From Calcarisporiella thermophila CBS 279.70 (lineage: Eukaryota > Fungi > Calcarisporiellomycota): a DNA stretch of 64,000 nt. Position numbers and translations under genes: made by a program. Location: positions 1,005,103 to 1,069,102 of the forward strand of contig NW_027192194.1 of NCBI RefSeq assembly GCF_041956535.1. Reading direction: 5' to 3'. The first letter of the stretch is position 1, and the number at the start of each line of letters is the position of its first letter. Of the stretch, positions 27,701 to 39,747 are shown piece by piece. The notes below the pieces were generated by a model. It saw nothing but the letters and a program-made list of their open reading frames with translations. It was not told the DNA's origin and ran no database searches.

Positions 27701-27894
27701 CACGGTGTCACCGCAACGCCAGCGACGCAGATAGCTTGGATTCTGGGGCAAATTCCCATGGGTGTTTATTAGAGGCGGTTGATTTTTCTGCAGATCCGGG
27801 CGATATTGCAGAGAGGGTAAAACATGAATTTGAAGCTCTCTCCTCACCGATTCGGAGGCATAGTCAAGGAGATGATCATCAGCCGTACAGTTAA
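24727..27894 (+). CDS. Large acidic low-complexity protein of unknown function, 3 exons (introns ~26827-26880, ~27012-27076)
   Basis: 712-aa ORF plus downstream frames joined by GT-AG introns; Glu/Asp-rich core; basic NLS-like clusters (KKKRR, KRKRK). Confidence 0.7.
25606..25725 (+). repeat. 12-bp coding tandem repeat encoding (E/G)EYE units (EEYEGEYEEEYE...)
   Basis: About 10 degenerate GAA-TAY-GAR-GRR units visible. Confidence 0.85.
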
Positions 27895-28273
27895 TGAAAA
27901 TAGGAATTAGGGAAATTTGTTTATTTGGTTGTTGCAATTCCGAGTTATTGTATATACTCAACACGTTGGTATAATGTTCTTTTTTTTATTTTCAATCGAG
28001 CCTGCTGTTGATATAATTATTTTTTTAATTGCATATTTTTTTTTGTCCTCGTAAAAATGTCTCTAATAAATGAAAAAGAGCGAGCAGAAGAAAGGAGACA
28101 ACTAATGATTGAGATATCGAGACAAATAAAGATAAATCTTTCCCAATAAAGTAGCCAAAACACAAGGTAAAAAATATAAAAAGGAAGTGAAAAAAGACAG
28201 CAATATAACTACATTCATTGTGAACGAAAAGAAAAAAAAAATGTAACAACATGAGAAAATAGCTGTGCCCCAC

Positions 28274-30379
28274 TTAGTGGATTCCTTGCTGGTCCAGGGC
28301 CATTAAACTTCCAATAAAGGTCAAGTTCATGCGCTGGCGCACCTCGACAATGTCTTCCGGCACCAAAAAGATGACTGCTCCCAACTTACGGGCAATGGAA
28401 ATTGCATATTTAGCGTTCAATTTTGCGTCCTCTTCCCTCACTCCTGGGTTCACAAGGCTGTAGTCCACGACCCCACGCTTCATGCCGTTAAGCACGTCCA
28501 GGAAGAAGTGTGCGTTGCGCAGAGTCGGGTCCTTGAAGCTCTGCATCCTAGTAGTACGGCCCCCGCGCTTCACGCACTCATTTGCCCATCGAATCATGTC
28601 TGCATCCGTCACATCCCTTCCAGCTTTCGATAAAGAGCGCAACGTTTGCACAATGTTGGCTCGCATCAGCTGCCACACAAGGCCAAGCGTGAGAGTCCTT
28701 GTCCCGTCTGTGATGTCTGCACCCTGAATACCAACAAGGGTGAAATGTCGCTCCTTCCCCAAGTCAACAGCATAGTTGGTATTCTCCACTTGTTTGAACC
28801 GTGACAACGGAGTCTTCTTGTTCACGCGGCGCCAATTGACCGACCCCGGCATCACCTTGTCAAAAGCTTGCAGCAAAATCAGCCCGTCCTTAAGGTCCTC
28901 GAATAAATTGTTCACACCTGGATCAATATCAAGACTGTTGAGCCAGAGAGTAAACATACGAGCTTCGCGTTCACCCTCCGCATCAAAGGGCTCAATCTCT
29001 GGGGCTTCTTCCTCTGTTAGTGGCTCCAACCCAGGATGGGTATTAAAGAGATTGGCGACAAACGCCAGATTCAACTTTGGGTTACCACCAACTAGCGACT
29101 TGGGAGTCAAATATTTTCGGCATCCCAACTTATCAGCATTTTGGAGGACCTGAAAATCAAAAGCACGTTAATAAACAAAAGTGATTTACCGAAGTCAAAT
29201 CATTAAATGCTCACCATTTCGGCGCGATTGAAAAGGTCGCGCTCTTGCAAAGGTGCACGAGAGCATAGGTTGGGTGCGAGCTGGTTAAGAAGCACAGTAT
29301 AGTTTTCACCATCCTTAATATCGCTGCTGAAATTGTTGACCCTGCGAGGCCAGTTGGCAGCCTTCAAATGATAATTAAACCAGCGCAAAAGGATTTGTTC
29401 GGGAGGGAGTTTCAAGAACTCATCGAGAGTCTCATCCTCTTCGAGTAGTCTGTACATTTCGGGATGAACCTTGATATCGATTTTCGAAAATAGACCTCGT
29501 TTGATGATCTGCCAAATCAGGCCAAGGATCAAGTGCTCACGGCCCTCAATAATATCCTGCGCTCCGATGTTGACCACAGAGCATCCGATGGCTTTTGCAG
29601 AATTAATAACGACATTGTTGTTTTCTGTCATCTGGAAATTATTGAGTTTCTTGCCAACGTTTAGCACACGCTCGTCAATAGTGTCGGGTACAGCATCATT
29701 AATAAGCTTGGAAAGAATAAGTCCATCTATCGACAAGAAAAAAGGTCAATACGAGATGATAATTGATACGGTGAAAAAAAAAAGACCTCGACACTCGTCG
29801 AAGATTTGCATTGTATTCGTGGGGATAGGTGCTCGATAGCCAACATCGGGATCACCTTGGATGACTAAATTAATGTGGTGGGTGAATTCAGTTCGTTCAT
29901 CTTCATTAATGGTATGAGTAACATTCTGGTTGGAGCCCCGCACATGAATTTGTTTATTGTGGACATCGAATGTGCCCTTTGATCTGCCTTCACGTAGCTT
30001 GGAAACGACCTAACGCGTAAAGGAAAAAAGGAATTATAAATGCGGACATTCAACGACGGCGACGGTACTAATACTACCTCCAGGAATTCTTCGATCTCTA
30101 ATTTTCCGGTGGAACTAATGCTAACATCTCTGATCGATGCGCGCACATTATCGTAGCTCTCACCCATTTTTTGGCAGGCACTTATTGCCTCGCGCTGATC
30201 AATATATCCATCTCTATCTAAATCGCATTGCCTAATTAGCAGCTAGCGTTACTGAAAAGATTATTCAAAAATCTAGAATAGAGTGAAATTTACTGAAATT
30301 GGGATATCAAATCCTCGATCTCATGCACTTGGAACTGGGGATATTTTTGGCGAAGTTGGAATGCGTTAGGATTGCTCAT
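28274..30379 (-). CDS. SAC6: Fimbrin (EF-hands plus four CH domains), 5 exons
   Basis: HTINEDERTEFT, LINDAVPDTIDERVLN, NSAKAIGCSVVNIG, LILGLIWQII, FTLWLNSL, LTLGLVWQLMR, AKYAISIARKLGA. Confidence 0.98.
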
Positions 30380-32358
30380 CGCAAGCTGGTTGACAAGATA
30401 AGTCTAAAGCGATCTGAAGCAGAAATAGAAAATTGAATAATTCAAGTTATAAAACCCAAGTGATGTAGAGGTGCGATCCTTGGCTCATTCACCTTTCCCT
30501 TGGCGTGTGGTTTTTACGAAGAAAAGAATAAAGGATCAGAGCACAGTGAGTAACCCCCGGTTGGTTAGTCGGATGCGAAATGTCATGAGGCTAATCAGGT
30601 TAGGTTCACTAGGTTAGAGAACTTTCGAACTTCCATTTTGCTCCATGACTTGGCACTCGCTTCCTCTCGTAGCCCCATGACGCCCTTTTAAGAAAACCTC
30701 CTATCTAGTTGCGCACATGGTGCCTTCATTCAAACAGAAACATGGAGCTCTTATGATTTCTAAAGTGTGTCGGCCCAACTCCTTAGATCTCTGCTTCTAT
30801 TGGCATTGATACCCTGTAATACAACCAAAGATAACATTTAGCTCTGATATGCACTTCGCGAAACTGTGTGATTTCCAAATTGATTCCATCAAATGAGCGT
30901 ATTTATGTCGGATGATACTAGTCAAAGGCATGAAGAAAATACTATGGCGCCTGTTAACAATGGTTCCGAAATGGCTGAGCACGATATACGTATCCCGCAA
31001 AAGCTTGCTATGGCGAAGTGGAACTAGGCGTTTTTCCCAGCTTGAGTAAAGAATTCACATTAAAAAGAACAGCCTGCAAGATTGATAGAGCATTTGATCT
31101 AGCATGTCCGGAGAACTGATGGAGGTCATTTTGTAATTTATATTTATGGTACTCCACAAAGAGCGAAAATTGAAAGGACAGGAGAAATTCAACCTTAGCA
31201 GTGCCACCAGGAGCAAAACTAATACGACTGAAAATGGGACGGAGTACAAAAGTATGGCACTATGAGGCACATAAAATCATTCGGGATGCTATCCTCATGA
31301 ATCGAAAAAAATCACCTTGGTGGATAACCAATTTACCTTCATATAGGCAAACTTTCAATAGAAAATGAGATTTAAGGGGATTTTTTGTATGCTTATATCT
31401 TCTTATTATGATGCTTATTAATTTCAGCGATACTTTGTTAAATAAAGACTTAGTGGTTTCCATATGCAGCCCTCACTTTTTTTTTCAAAATAACTTTTGT
31501 TAATCTACTGACAATCTGATATCGTGACCTTCCCAGTTATATATAATTGTTTATATAAAAATATTCGATAATATGTGAGAAAAGTCATAATAAAAGTATG
31601 TTGTGTAGTTAATCTTTAGAAACACTCCAAGCTCCTGTTCCATCAACGTGGATAGCCTCTTGAAGTTCTGGATCTAAATTTGTGAAAACTGTCTATATAA
31701 GTGGCAAATCTGTAAAGGACATTGCAACACTTTTTCCAACTTTAACCTCCCAGCATTATAGTTTCTCTTTTTTAAACATGGGCATCACGTATTAATAAAA
31801 CTGGTCTCAGCGTTGTACATTTTTACAAGAATTTTCCGATCCATTTTTCTAGGGTAGCTATTGATTAATTAATTAATATAGAAAATATGACATATCATTG
31901 CAACAGTTTTTCAGCATCCTGTATATGCTTAAATTTGTATATATAGAAAGCTGCTCCTCACACAAAATAATCCACGTGAACTTGATGAAATTAGTAAAAC
32001 TTGAATTCTTCTCAAGCATTCTGAATTGGAAATCATTCAGATCTTATGGCGTATTTTCTGCAATGATCGATTAAAGCTCCTGAGCCATGGGAGTGAGTCT
32101 GAAATAAAAGAAATATATTCCCATGGAAAAGGATTCACGAAGGAATTGAAATAAGAAGCGCTTTGATTCTGCTCCACGGTGTTATTCAAAACAACGTAAG
32201 ATTTGTCTTCAATTGAGTAAAAGCTCGATGGTGTTATTGGATCAAGATAGCCATTTTGTTCCATTGGATATTTATAAATTCGTGAGGTTATGGATATGAT
32301 TTCTTACCATTTAAAAAATTCAACCCTTTGTAGAAGCTGCTAGCTAAATAAACCGACC

Positions 32359-32541
32359 ATGGACGAATATTACAGAGAGGGTGATCGAGTCGAGTATGTC
32401 GACGAAAATGATCAAAAGCAAACTGGAATTATCGAAGATATACACGGATCTGGACAACAACAGAGATTCATCGTCCTCAATGAAATAACCAACAGGAAAG
32501 AGGAGCGCCAAAAAGAAGATATACATCGTAAACTTCATTGA
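32359..32541 (+). CDS. 60-aa Tudor/SH3-barrel-like microprotein (Hva1/DUF2945-like)
   Basis: ATG in good context (ccgaccATGg); YREGDRVEY...TGIIEDI...RFIVLNEIT pattern. Confidence 0.55.
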   Translation: MDEYYREGDRVEYVDENDQKQTGIIEDIHGSGQQQRFIVLNEITNRKEERQKEDIHRKLH

Positions 32542-32673
32542 GCGCACGACCGCTTTGTTAGTAGTCCATATTATCTGCAGAAAGCATTGTTTTTTAACAC
32601 TTCCTTGATGCTGAAACAACATAGTCGAGCAGTGCAGGATAATTGTAATAAATTTTATTGTGCTTTATACTAT

Positions 32674-35223
32674 TTACCGAGCGCTAGCGAAAATTAATCG
32701 ATATTGTCCTAAATGTCCATATCTCATTGGGAACACTTCAGGATTTTGCATCTCATTGTTTGTCGTCTCAAGATCAGCCCTGAACAGTGTATCCGCCCGG
32801 TCCATTTGCATTAATAATATTGGCCCTTCAGCCTCTTCCGATATGCTCAATTCCCAGAAACTGGGCTCGAAACTTAACATAAACCATCAGTAACATACCC
32901 ACAAAGTGTGACAATATAAAATTTCAAATACCTTCTTACAATACTGTTTAGCATTTTATCCGTTGTCGCACTGAACCGCGGACATCGCAATGTACAGAGC
33001 AATGCCTTGTCGTTGCACTTCATCTCTGGCCTGTAATGTGCAGCTGCAGCGCGCATCAAACTTCGCATACTCTCATGGGGGATAACAAGTAGGTTAGTGC
33101 GAACCAGGCACCAAAGTTCGAAGAGGCGATGCAAACGGCCAAGTGAGTGAATTTGATCGGGAAGAGGAGAAGTTTCGTCGAGGAAGGGCTCCTATTAGAA
33201 GTAAAGGAAAAAAAAAGACAGAGGAGATGCGCAGAAGGGGTGGTTAAATCGGAATCTAGTGTACACCGGAAATAGAGATATCATCTACTCACCAGCTCGC
33301 TCCAAGAAAGCAAGTCGTTCCCTATCAGGTAGTGGCAATAATCCCTTCTTAATTTGGATATACCCACTTCCACTAAACACTCCAGCGGGTTCTCGAGCCA
33401 GTAGTCGAACGTTCGGCTGATGGATTCCTTTTGTTCGTTATAATCTGCTGAAGTCTGCAAGCGGGACAAGCGAAGGGTGCTTCGGATAAGGTTTGCAAAG
33501 TTCGAACGATTGTCCTTGTGAATCTAGAGAATAAAATGTCAATTAAAGGCGATCTATATACTTGATTGAATACCGATATTTACCAGCGGTTGTAGGTTTC
33601 CGGATTCTACTTCTTCAACCACAGCAGTCAGTGTCTCTACCAGATCATCTTGATCTACCGCATCTATAACAACCACAGAGATGATTTAGAACGCCTGCAT
33701 ACACTTTTAGGCTGAATGTTTCATGGTCCACCTAAGCAAAGTTTCCATAATTTCTCTGTAAAATCCAGGCCCTTTCGTGCTGGTAGTGTGGTAAATGTAT
33801 CTACCCTTGCGGGCATCATAGGCTCATCTTCCTCAACGGCTCCCCCCAGATCCTTTATATCGTTGAGAAACGTGTCAATTCTCTCGTCAACAGGTCGCAT
33901 CTGCACCACGTCATTATCCGCTCGCTCCCAGCGCTTCCCAGCCATGGTCAATTCTTGCCATTCATTAAGGCGAATAAGCTCCTCGAGCCAGGGCAGTGAG
34001 GCAATGTTTTCAGGGTCGCCATGCACACATCTGATGTGAAGAGCCGAGTCAGAACTAGATGGGGGCGTTGCAAGGGGTTTGGGCATGCCTTGCCAAGTGA
34101 CTTCGAGTTGAATGCTGCTGCTAGTTGCATCTTGATTATTCTAATTAAACATGGGAAATGGAAATCAAATCAATTTTCAATCCTTTTTTGAAAATTTCAC
34201 ATACCTCACTATTTGGCATAGTTCCCGACAAAATGTCATATCGGGCAAACACTTGACCAACGCAGTTCTATGAATGATTTAATGAGAGTTCTATAACAAG
34301 AAACACTATGGATAATTACTTCATTTTGTTCTCCCGTCAGATCAGCATATTCGTCTAAAAGTTCATCTAGTGTAGGAATGGGGCCATATTCGGTATGCTC
34401 CTTTTCTGACACGAATCCTATTGATGCAATAAGACCCCCCCCCACATATATAATTTAGGAATATCCAAGCTTCGAAGCTGGCAACGTGTCAATATTTACC
34501 GCAGTCTCTGATATCGAGCATTGTGAACTTCAGATTGTCTAATATATTTAATAGTTCAAAATATCGATTGATAGGAAGCATCAAAAGATAGAAAATACCT
34601 GTTTGCACTCCCAAAAAGCTCTTGGAGTCATCTTGACAATAGGCAAGTATGGGAGGCAATTGGTCCGTTTGGCCTGATGAATGCGCGACTGAATAGAGGG
34701 ATAGGTAAAACCGGGCATCATCGCTGCTCAAAGGTTCCCACAGGTGATTCGTTATATGCTTTTCCTCCGTAATTATCTGCGATAAATCCTGTAATCAATT
34801 CAATATTGGTTGAACATTTACATGTCACATACAAAGTTCATTTAATATGTTGTATATTAGATATTCACCTCAACACACCCTAAAAATGACTTTCTTTCTG
34901 TAGGAGGTGGACCAACAATAACTCGCTTCCAGGCTTGCAAGGGAATTGGAGAAGAAGGGCCTTTGGTGATCAATATGAAGCTGCGAAACCTTCCTACATG
35001 TGCTCGAAGGGGATGTATCACGTTTGCATTAATGTACCAAATAAATGAAGCATCAAATGCGACCGGAATTAATTCCTAGTTGACATAGTCAATTATGCAT
35101 ATAATTAGTAATATTGATTGTGATATTCTATAAAATGAGACATACAATTAATGTAGGATCAGAATTGAGGCGAATGGCCTCTCTAATCGCGGGAATAAAA
35201 TTGTCTATTTCTTGGTCATCCAT
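32674..35223 (-). CDS. ZWILCH: Zwilch (RZZ complex subunit), multi-exon; possible extra final exon ending at 32571
   Basis: RKGLDFTEKLW..DDLVETL..SGNLQPLIHKDNRSNFANLI and PLECLVEVGISKLRRDYCHYLIGNDL match recalled animal Zwilch blocks (LDFAEQLW, GDIQPWLH, PLQILLEIGLDKLKKDY). Confidence 0.85.
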
Positions 35224-35252
35224 AACGACGCACTTGAAAGATTTTTAATTTA

Positions 35253-35277
35253 TCGCGTTTGAAGGTGATTTACGCGA
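35253..35277. promoter_or_regulatory. Inverted TCGCGT...ACGCGA pair with TTTGAA upstream of Zwilch
   Basis: TCGCGT 35253-35258, TTTGAA 35258-35263, ACGCGA 35272-35277; 30-55 bp from the ATG. Confidence 0.45.
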
Positions 35278-36134
35278 CGCTATAAAAGTGACTGCTCTTT
35301 TAATTGCTCAGTTCCTATACTGCTTATCTGAATGGCTTTTATTCATTTTCGGTCAATACATTTCAGGGAGAATTCACAGTTAATTCTTTCAAAAATTAAG
35401 ACACCCCATCTAACCTTGCAGAAGCGCTGTGAAAATATACTTCGAGTATTTATTTTAAAGCCAGGGAAATAGAATGGACCATGAAACGTAAGGATAAGTG
35501 ATTCTGCTCCATTATGTGATAAAGCATATCGAAAAAGAAGTTTGGTTTAGTGGAATAGAAGAGCTGATGGAGTTGATCTCCTCAACTCCGTAGTGGTCCT
35601 ACTCCTAGCATGAAGCTTCATGGCTGAAAGATATGACGAAAATCGTGCCTTACCCTCACATAGCAATAAACGGAAAAAAAGTAGTAGTGTCGAGATAATA
35701 CAAACCACAATTGCAAACAATAATGCATTTGTGGTTATGGATCATAGTGAGTTATTAAAAGAAAAAGACCAAAAACAAGTTATTGAGAATCAAACCCACC
35801 CTTGACTTATGTGTAGGTGAAACATATTAGTGCGCTCATCGACCCTATCTTTATGTCTTGAATTGAGTAGAGGGCCAGCCCTGCTCAATAGTGTCATACC
35901 GTATATAGGCTCTTTCCTCTCTGCCCTCCCTTAATATTTCCGTGGATTGGTTTGCCTACTCTTCCTATCTACGGTATCTCTTAGTGTAATCCAATTTTAT
36001 TTGGAATTTTTCACAAGTACAGGCGCTGGTTTATTAACTTTAATAACTTTATGATTCAACATTTTGTGAAATTTCCAGCTCTCTCATAATCCGATCCATC
36101 CTATTTTTCCTCGCTCCCGCTTCTTCTTCATTTC

Positions 36135-38500
36135 ATGATGCTGAAGCGTAAAAGTAGACATCGATGCATCGTTAATCTTGCTCGTGATCGCGAGCTTGGT
36201 CAATACCATTCTCGCCACCCGATGACGGTCGCCCGCGAGTTCTACAGCATACTCGCTCCAAATACCATCCTCTACAACATTCAAGTTTATCCCGGCCTCG
36301 TGATGCGCAGATTCACTCCCGATGGCAAAGTAAATTCACTAATTTGTGCATTTAAGCTCTCATCGCTAACCATGTACAATGGATCTTCCAGCATTTAATT
36401 TGCTTTTCTAGACGCCAAACTGCAATCAGGCTGTACAATTTCTTGGGTGTATGCTCTGTAGGCACAGAGGAAGTGTCACAGGGTGATGAAAGCGACGTTT
36501 CATTCGAGAAATTTTTCTCGTTTAGATATGAGCAGGTGGTGACGGAGAACGCAGATCAACAACTTTGCAAGGATTTCTGTATTATCATGCCCGATCAACG
36601 ATTGGTAATTCCTCATCCTTGGCGAGATGTGAGATTGTGAATATTGACTAACGAAATCCACAGATGATATTGGCTTCAACTGGAACGATAGTGCAGGAAG
36701 TACCACAGAATGAACGACACTTGCTGAGATATATCCCACAAATAGAAGATTATGTGTTTTATGTGGTCGATATTGCGACAGGAGAGGTTTGTCTTCTAAT
36801 TAGTGTTCTGCCGGGGAACCTTTATCTAATCGCTTTGACCGCGCAAATCTCTAGGTGAAGGATAAGAAATCGTACAAGAATGATTATATCCCGTTGCAAA
36901 ATCACTCTGGTGTGGCTCTGTATGGAAGAATATTTGCGATTACCTCCATCAAAAACCAGACCATTTCCCTATTGCAGATCAAGGTTCTCTCCTCTTGCGC
37001 CACTCTACTTTTGAATGGGTCTGCTGACTGAGTGCTTTCTCTTTGGAATCTCTTCTTTAGGAGGATGGAAAGATCGTGGAGCTGCGCAGAATTGGTGCAT
37101 TCACCTACGATGATGACGAACTTCTACTTGCTTTTCATCAGGAACAAGAGGACCGTTACCTTGCTTCCCGTCGCCAACTTAATGCCTGGCGAGCGGGAAG
37201 AATATCGGGTGAGGATATCGATATGGAAATAGAGGCGGCCACCAATTCAACCACATTTGCCCCGCTCTCTGATTTATCCGAGCTAAGTCATCAGGTACCC
37301 TGCGTAAACCCGGTAGCACCTGCTACTTCCGTGTCAGGAGGAGCGACCGTACTCTCCTTCCTGAACAATCTGTCCTCGCTGAATGAGACCACCAACGACT
37401 TTAGTAATAGTCCTAACATCGAAAGGGAGCCAATCGGGGGGATCAGGCACCGTTTGCTCTCCTATTTATTTCGAAAGGCGTACTGCGCGAACGACAGGTA
37501 GTCAAGGCATCCTAAGGGGGTGGCTACCGTGCATCTTAAAGCTAACTCTTGTGTCTATATGGATAGAGGGACCTCGTTGCGCCATTTTTATCGCAACTTT
37601 AACTATTTCCACTCTCTGGTGATCTCAAGGTCGCAGTTTTTGGACGACGAACACCTGCTTATCCGATTTGTGAATCCCGAGGCCCGTGTACGTACCCGCA
37701 CCCAAATCTTTTGATAGTTTGCGAGAGGGCCACATGGACGTTCGTCTTGACTAACTTGTCTCTTTTCACAATGCAGCAAAATGAATCCGGCAGTGGCACC
37801 GTGCTCTTCGTCATCTATAATTTCCATACCACTCAGGTGGTCGCCGTATACGACGACACGTCCGAAGAGCTTCTGACCTTGTTCGAAGAGAATATGGACA
37901 CTTTTCGAGATACGGGCGACATGCCACACACAAGTTTTGTATCCACTTATAGCAATAACATCGCGACGCGAGAGTTGCTCAGAAAGCAGAAATATGCCAT
38001 CATCCATTCCCGAAATGGGGGACTTTCGCAGTTTGTGCGGCGAACCCTTTCACTCTTACCATTTAGCCCACAGTCGTTTTCGGAGAGCCCATACTTTGAT
38101 CTCGGATTGTACAGTTACGACGAGAAATTGATGGGAGCCCTGGAGAGGTAGTCTATTGATTTTTTTTTTATTCGGGCGACGCTATTCCCTTTGCTAACTC
38201 GTGCGCCGGTTGATCCCCTCAAAGGCCGAGGCATACTCAGGACTACCCGATACGATTTTATTCACGCCGAACAGGCGAGCTCAAATTCAAGCTTGATCCC
38301 AATCCCCCCAACCGAACCCTCCGGGGAATCAAGTAAGTATCAGCCGAGTAACCAGCATTGAACTCTGTGGTTCTAATCGTTTCCCTTTGGCCAGGCGTTA
38401 TGTACATTTTATTGCACACCCTATCTACCCATTCATTATCTCTGTACAGTATAGCATTATGCACGCGACGGCAGTGAACATCCATTTGCAAGAGGCCTGA
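36135..38500 (+). CDS. DET1: DET1 (de-etiolated 1; CRL4-DDB1/COP1 adaptor) homolog, ~9 exons
   Basis: FYSILAPN..RRFTPDGK|HLICFS, LCKDFC, EDYVFYVVDI, IPLQNHSGVALY, QFLDDEHLLIRF, LPFSPQSFSESPYFDLGLYSYDEK, ERPR, HPIYPFIISVQ follow plant/animal DET1 in order. Confidence 0.9.
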
Positions 38501-39747
38501 AGTAGGGCGATTTGTCACTGTATGTGTGTCTTTATTATAATTAATAGTATCAAGATTGCACATCAATGGTTACGTAGACAGCACCTTTGCTGTGCTGTAG
38601 GTCTTAAAAAATGCGCCCCCCTTGTTGTTACACCTACTCGGCTGAGATGAAGAAATGCAAATCATACAGCGATCTTGAAAGGAAAAGTGGAATTAAAGGG
38701 GGCCTTCGCTCTCACCATCCCATCACAAGGCCTCTGAAGAGTTGAGAAAATCTCACCCAATTACTAGATACTCAATATGGTTTCACTTGCATGTTTTGCA
38801 GATGCATTTCCAGAGGCCATGGCGCTAAAATCTCGCGACTGCCGGTTATGCTCACACTTAATGGAAGGTGATCGCTTCCGTAAGGAGCCAGGCATTGATA
38901 ATTCAGCCTGCGTTTAGCAGTATTATGGGTTGGCTATACGATACCTGCTGTAGAGATGGATTTGGTCGATATCCCATGACCTTTCTACAACTTGGATGCC
39001 CCTGTTGCACTATGTCCATGGCTTGAATTACTGAGAAAGCAGCGTGGTATTGCATACTGACGGTGATGTTGAAAGGGGTTCGGCCACTTGTTCGGTGCCT
39101 AAGCACACGTGCACATGGGCTGCTAGAGAAGGTTAAGGGCAGGGAGAGAAAACTCCAGAAGTAGGCGTCTTTGAGGTGGTGACGTTCATTGTATTATCAC
39201 TGCAGCAAAGCTAAGCAAAGACAAAGCCTTTGCAGACTCTTGGGGAAACAGCCAGTGGCAATATCCGGCAATGTGGTATTGAAACCTGCCAGCAGCGCAA
39301 TGCGTAAAGACACGGGAGAGGAGGGGATCTTGGAGCCCGCAATACGCTCAGTTTTTCCATGATCACCGAGGCCAACTGATCCTGACAGGCGGGTTTTCAG
39401 GGGTTTCGAGGGTTTGAAGGCAGCAAGCTCTAAAAGGGAAAATAGGCTCGAGGTCCGTGGACCCTTCGGGATTTCGTTTTTGGCAGCAGCGAGATTCCGG
39501 AGAAAATTAAGGCTCCGGCAGCCTCGACTTTCCCTCCGGGCCAGCAGTCGCCTCAAAATCAAAACGGCAAATCCTTGGTGCGAATTAAGGATGCAAGAAC
39601 ATTCGCCAGAAACCTGAACACTTGCCTCCCCGCTGCTGCGGATCCAAGTCCTTCGTTGGTGGCGTCTCAAATAGGAGAGTTTCTAAATGAAATATCTTCC
39701 TCGGTCACGCTCCTCCCTTTGCCCCCTCGCCTCCACTGCTCTCCACC

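Noticed and set aside
31600-32264. 75-aa ORF plus fragmentary protein-like frames (pseudogene or transposon relic)
   Set aside because: No recognisable domain, terminal repeats or consistent frame
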